Source of the DNA: Bdellovibrionota bacterium
Lineage (GTDB): Bacteria > Bdellovibrionota_C > UBA2361 > JBGSMV01
Direction: 5' to 3'
Assembly (NCBI GenBank): GCA_044356455.1
Contig: JBIKWF010000092.1
Location: 1-18,284, forward strand
Length of the DNA: 18,284 nt
A program made the translations under genes and the position numbers. The notes under the pieces were generated by a model, which worked only from the letters and a program-made list of their open reading frames with translations, made no database searches and was not told the origin of the DNA. Of this stretch, positions 16,190 through 18,284 are shown piece by piece (position 1 is the first letter of the stretch; each line of letters opens with the position of its first letter).

Positions 16190-17428
16190 ATGACGTTACA
16201 AGACAAGGAGTCGCCTCGATTCATAGATTCTGAAGCGACGGAGTTTACAATATTAATGCCGTGTCTCAACGAATCAGAGACTTTAGAAACGTGCATTCGG
16301 CAGGCAGTTCAATTCTTGCAGAGGGAGGATATTCGCGGAGAGGTTCTCGTCGCCGACAATGGGTCCACCGACGGCTCGCAAGAGATTGCGCGAAGGTGTG
16401 GCGCTCGAGTCTTGGATGTTAAGGAGCGAGGATATGGCTCAGCGCTTCATCATGGCGTGCTCTCAGCTCGAGGTAGATTTGTCATAATGGGCGATGCCGA
16501 TGATAGTTATGATTTTTCCGAGCTTGGCCTTTTCGTATCTCGGCTACGAGAAGGGTTCGATCTGGTGATGGGAAATCGTTTCATGGGAGGGATTCTTCCC
16601 GGAGCTATGCCCTGGAAGAATCGATGGATTGGAAATCCAGTTCTTTCAGGAATAGGTAGGCTTTTATTCCGGTGTAACGTGGGGGACTTTCACTGTGGCT
16701 TGCGCGGATTCCGTCGAGACGCTTTGCGGGAGCTGAATCTTCGCACCACGGGTATGGAATTTGCCTCGGAGATGGTTATTAGAGCGACTCTTGCGAATCT
16801 CCGGATAGTAGAGGTTCCCACAACGTTGAGGCCTGACGGACGTTCTCGAGCGCCACATCTTCGTCCCTGGCGGGACGGTTGGCGTCATTTGAGATTTATG
16901 TTGCTCTATAGCCCACGTTGGCTCTTCTTCTATCCGGGGCTCGTAATAATGGTCGCTAGTTTTATAGGATCTCTCGCTTTAACGGCCGGGCCCGTCCAAG
17001 TAGGCAGAGTTGTTTTTGACGTACACACTCTTCTGTTCGCAGCGATAGGAATATTAGTTGGGTTCCAGCTTGTATTTTTCGCGCTCTTCTCAAGTGTATT
17101 TGTGCGCTCAGAGGGGCTTTTGCCCCCAGACAAAAAAATTGAAAGGATTTCGCAACTATTCTCCTTTGAATTAGGGCTGCTATTGGGAGGGGTGTTAGTA
17201 GTGGGAGGAGCTGCTGGTTCCATCTCTGCTTTCTCGAATTGGCAAGCTCTTGGCTTCCGTGAGTTGAATGTTAGAGAGACATTCAGGGTAGTGATTCCCT
17301 CGGTACTTTCGATTGCGATTGGGATTCAGGTCATATTCTCTGGTTTCCTTCTGAGTGTGCTCGGATTGCGGGTGCGAACGAGAGATATGCCCGGAGAAAT
17401 ATCCAATCTTTCGAGTGAGGATGCATGA
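16190..17428 (+). CDS. GT2 family glycosyltransferase, polyprenol-phosphate sugar (DPM/DPG) synthase-like, with C-terminal TM helices
   Basis: ILMPCLNE, VADNGSTDGS, RGYGSAL, MGDADDSYD (DxD), DLVMGNRF, DFHCGLRGF, GMEFASEM and HLRPWRDGWRHLRF motifs; four C-terminal hydrophobic segments. Confidence 0.92.
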   Translation: MTLQDKESPRFIDSEATEFTILMPCLNESETLETCIRQAVQFLQREDIRGEVLVADNGSTDGSQEIARRCGARVLDVKERGYGSALHHGVLSARGRFVIMGDADDSYDFSELGLFVSRLREGFDLVMGNRFMGGILPGAMPWKNRWIGNPVLSGIGRLLFRCNVGDFHCGLRGFRRDALRELNLRTTGMEFASEMVIRATLANLRIVEVPTTLRPDGRSRAPHLRPWRDGWRHLRFMLLYSPRWLFFYPGLVIMVASFIGSLALTAGPVQVGRVVFDVHTLLFAAIGILVGFQLVFFALFSSVFVRSEGLLPPDKKIERISQLFSFELGLLLGGVLVVGGAAGSISAFSNWQALGFRELNVRETFRVVIPSVLSIAIGIQVIFSGFLLSVLGLRVRTRDMPGEISNLSSEDA

Positions 17429-17979
17429 CACCGCTTGACCGGTTCATTCAATGGTGGCGGTTCCGGGTCGCACGAGAATGGATTCCGCAAGGGGCCTCGG
17501 TGCTCGATGTCGGTTCTTCCGATGGTGCGTTTTTCCGTCACGTGACAGCGAAGGCTAAAGTTTTTGTCGGAATCGACCCTCACGTAGCCGCGCCGTGTTC
17601 AGGCACTGCTTTGAAACTGATTCGCGGCGTTTTTCCTGAAGATCTAGGAACCGAGGAGCCTTACTTCGATGTAATTACGTTACTTGCGGTACTTGAGCAT
17701 ATACCTCCAGAGCGCAAGGACGCAGTAGCGAAAGCCTGTCATCGGCTACTTCGGGAGAGGGGACGAGTCGTTATCACGGTTCCGTCGCCCTTTGTAGACC
17801 ATATCCTAAGCATACTGAAGGCCATGAAACTAATCCACGGAATGTCACTTGAGGAACATCACGGATTTCGGATCCGCGATGTCATTCCCCTTTTTCGGCA
17901 TGCGGGATTTAATCTCCTGCGACATAGGCGATTCCAACTTGGATTGAATAACCTCTTTATTTTTGAGCGAAGCGACTAA
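17425..17979 (+). CDS. Class I SAM-dependent methyltransferase
   Basis: VLDVGSSDG motif I, VGID, FDVITLLAVLEHI and LLRERGRVVITVP; ATGA overlap with the upstream GT2. Confidence 0.9.
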   Translation: MTPLDRFIQWWRFRVAREWIPQGASVLDVGSSDGAFFRHVTAKAKVFVGIDPHVAAPCSGTALKLIRGVFPEDLGTEEPYFDVITLLAVLEHIPPERKDAVAKACHRLLRERGRVVITVPSPFVDHILSILKAMKLIHGMSLEEHHGFRIRDVIPLFRHAGFNLLRHRRFQLGLNNLFIFERSD

Positions 17980-17999
17980 TGCACCTTCGCAGCAAACGA

Positions 18000-18284
18000 T
18001 CAGCAATTTAATGAGCAGAAGCCGAGGGAGTCTCTGTAATTGAAAAGGCAAGGTCGCCCCAACCCACTTGAGCAAATCGATAGTCGACTCCAGCGAAATC
18101 CGACTCCAGTCGTATTAGGCGGCTTTATCCTCCTCACAAGAATATGAACCGAAGGACGGATACGAACAGCAGGAGCATCAAAGCTGAACTTTATTTGGTC
18201 CGAGGTAAGCTTCTCGGTCTTCGCTCCGAACAGCTTCTTATTCGCGTTCGCAATGTGGTTCTGGAGTTTTACGATCTCGCGGTC
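18000..18284 (-). pseudogene. tnpC: Truncated IS66-family transposase TnpC N-terminal (leucine-zipper) fragment, entering from beyond the window edge
   Basis: Minus-strand frame from 18284 reads DREIVKLQNHIANANKKLFGAKTEKLTSDQIKFSFDAP, matching the IS66 TnpC pattern L..L.R..FG.KSEKL...Q..L.F. The sequence then loses similarity and stops at TGA (18002-18000), with no zinc-finger or DDE domain. Confidence 0.7.

Overview
An accessory-looking bacterial region with no housekeeping genes, rRNA, tRNA or CRISPR array visible. From left to right it holds a GC-rich GTAG-type long inverted repeat (REP/REPIN-like), a DUF2779-type predicted double-nuclease gene and an HTTM membrane protein. Next is a convergent cluster of three Tad/Flp pseudopilin-like genes (a TadE-like protein with an 8-Cys tail, a TadG/vWA-like protein, and a TadE-like protein with a long Thr/Pro stalk and an 8-Cys tip) plus a secreted HAF-like repeat protein. 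A decaying island follows, in which two separately inactivated AAA_14/DUF4143 ATPase pseudogenes each end at a copy of a 111-bp MITE-like element and bracket an intact TPR-like/DUF6930-like fusion gene. The window ends with a GT-C / GT2 / SAM-methyltransferase surface-glycosylation operon and an IS66 TnpC N-terminal remnant. Several of these (the pseudogene N-termini, MITEs, REP hairpin and IS66 remnant) are absent from the ORF track and were read by hand. All family calls come from motif recognition, not database searches. I cannot demonstrate a new system; the best candidates are the elaborated Tad pseudopilin set, the stop-codon-associated MITE and the DUF2779 nuclease.
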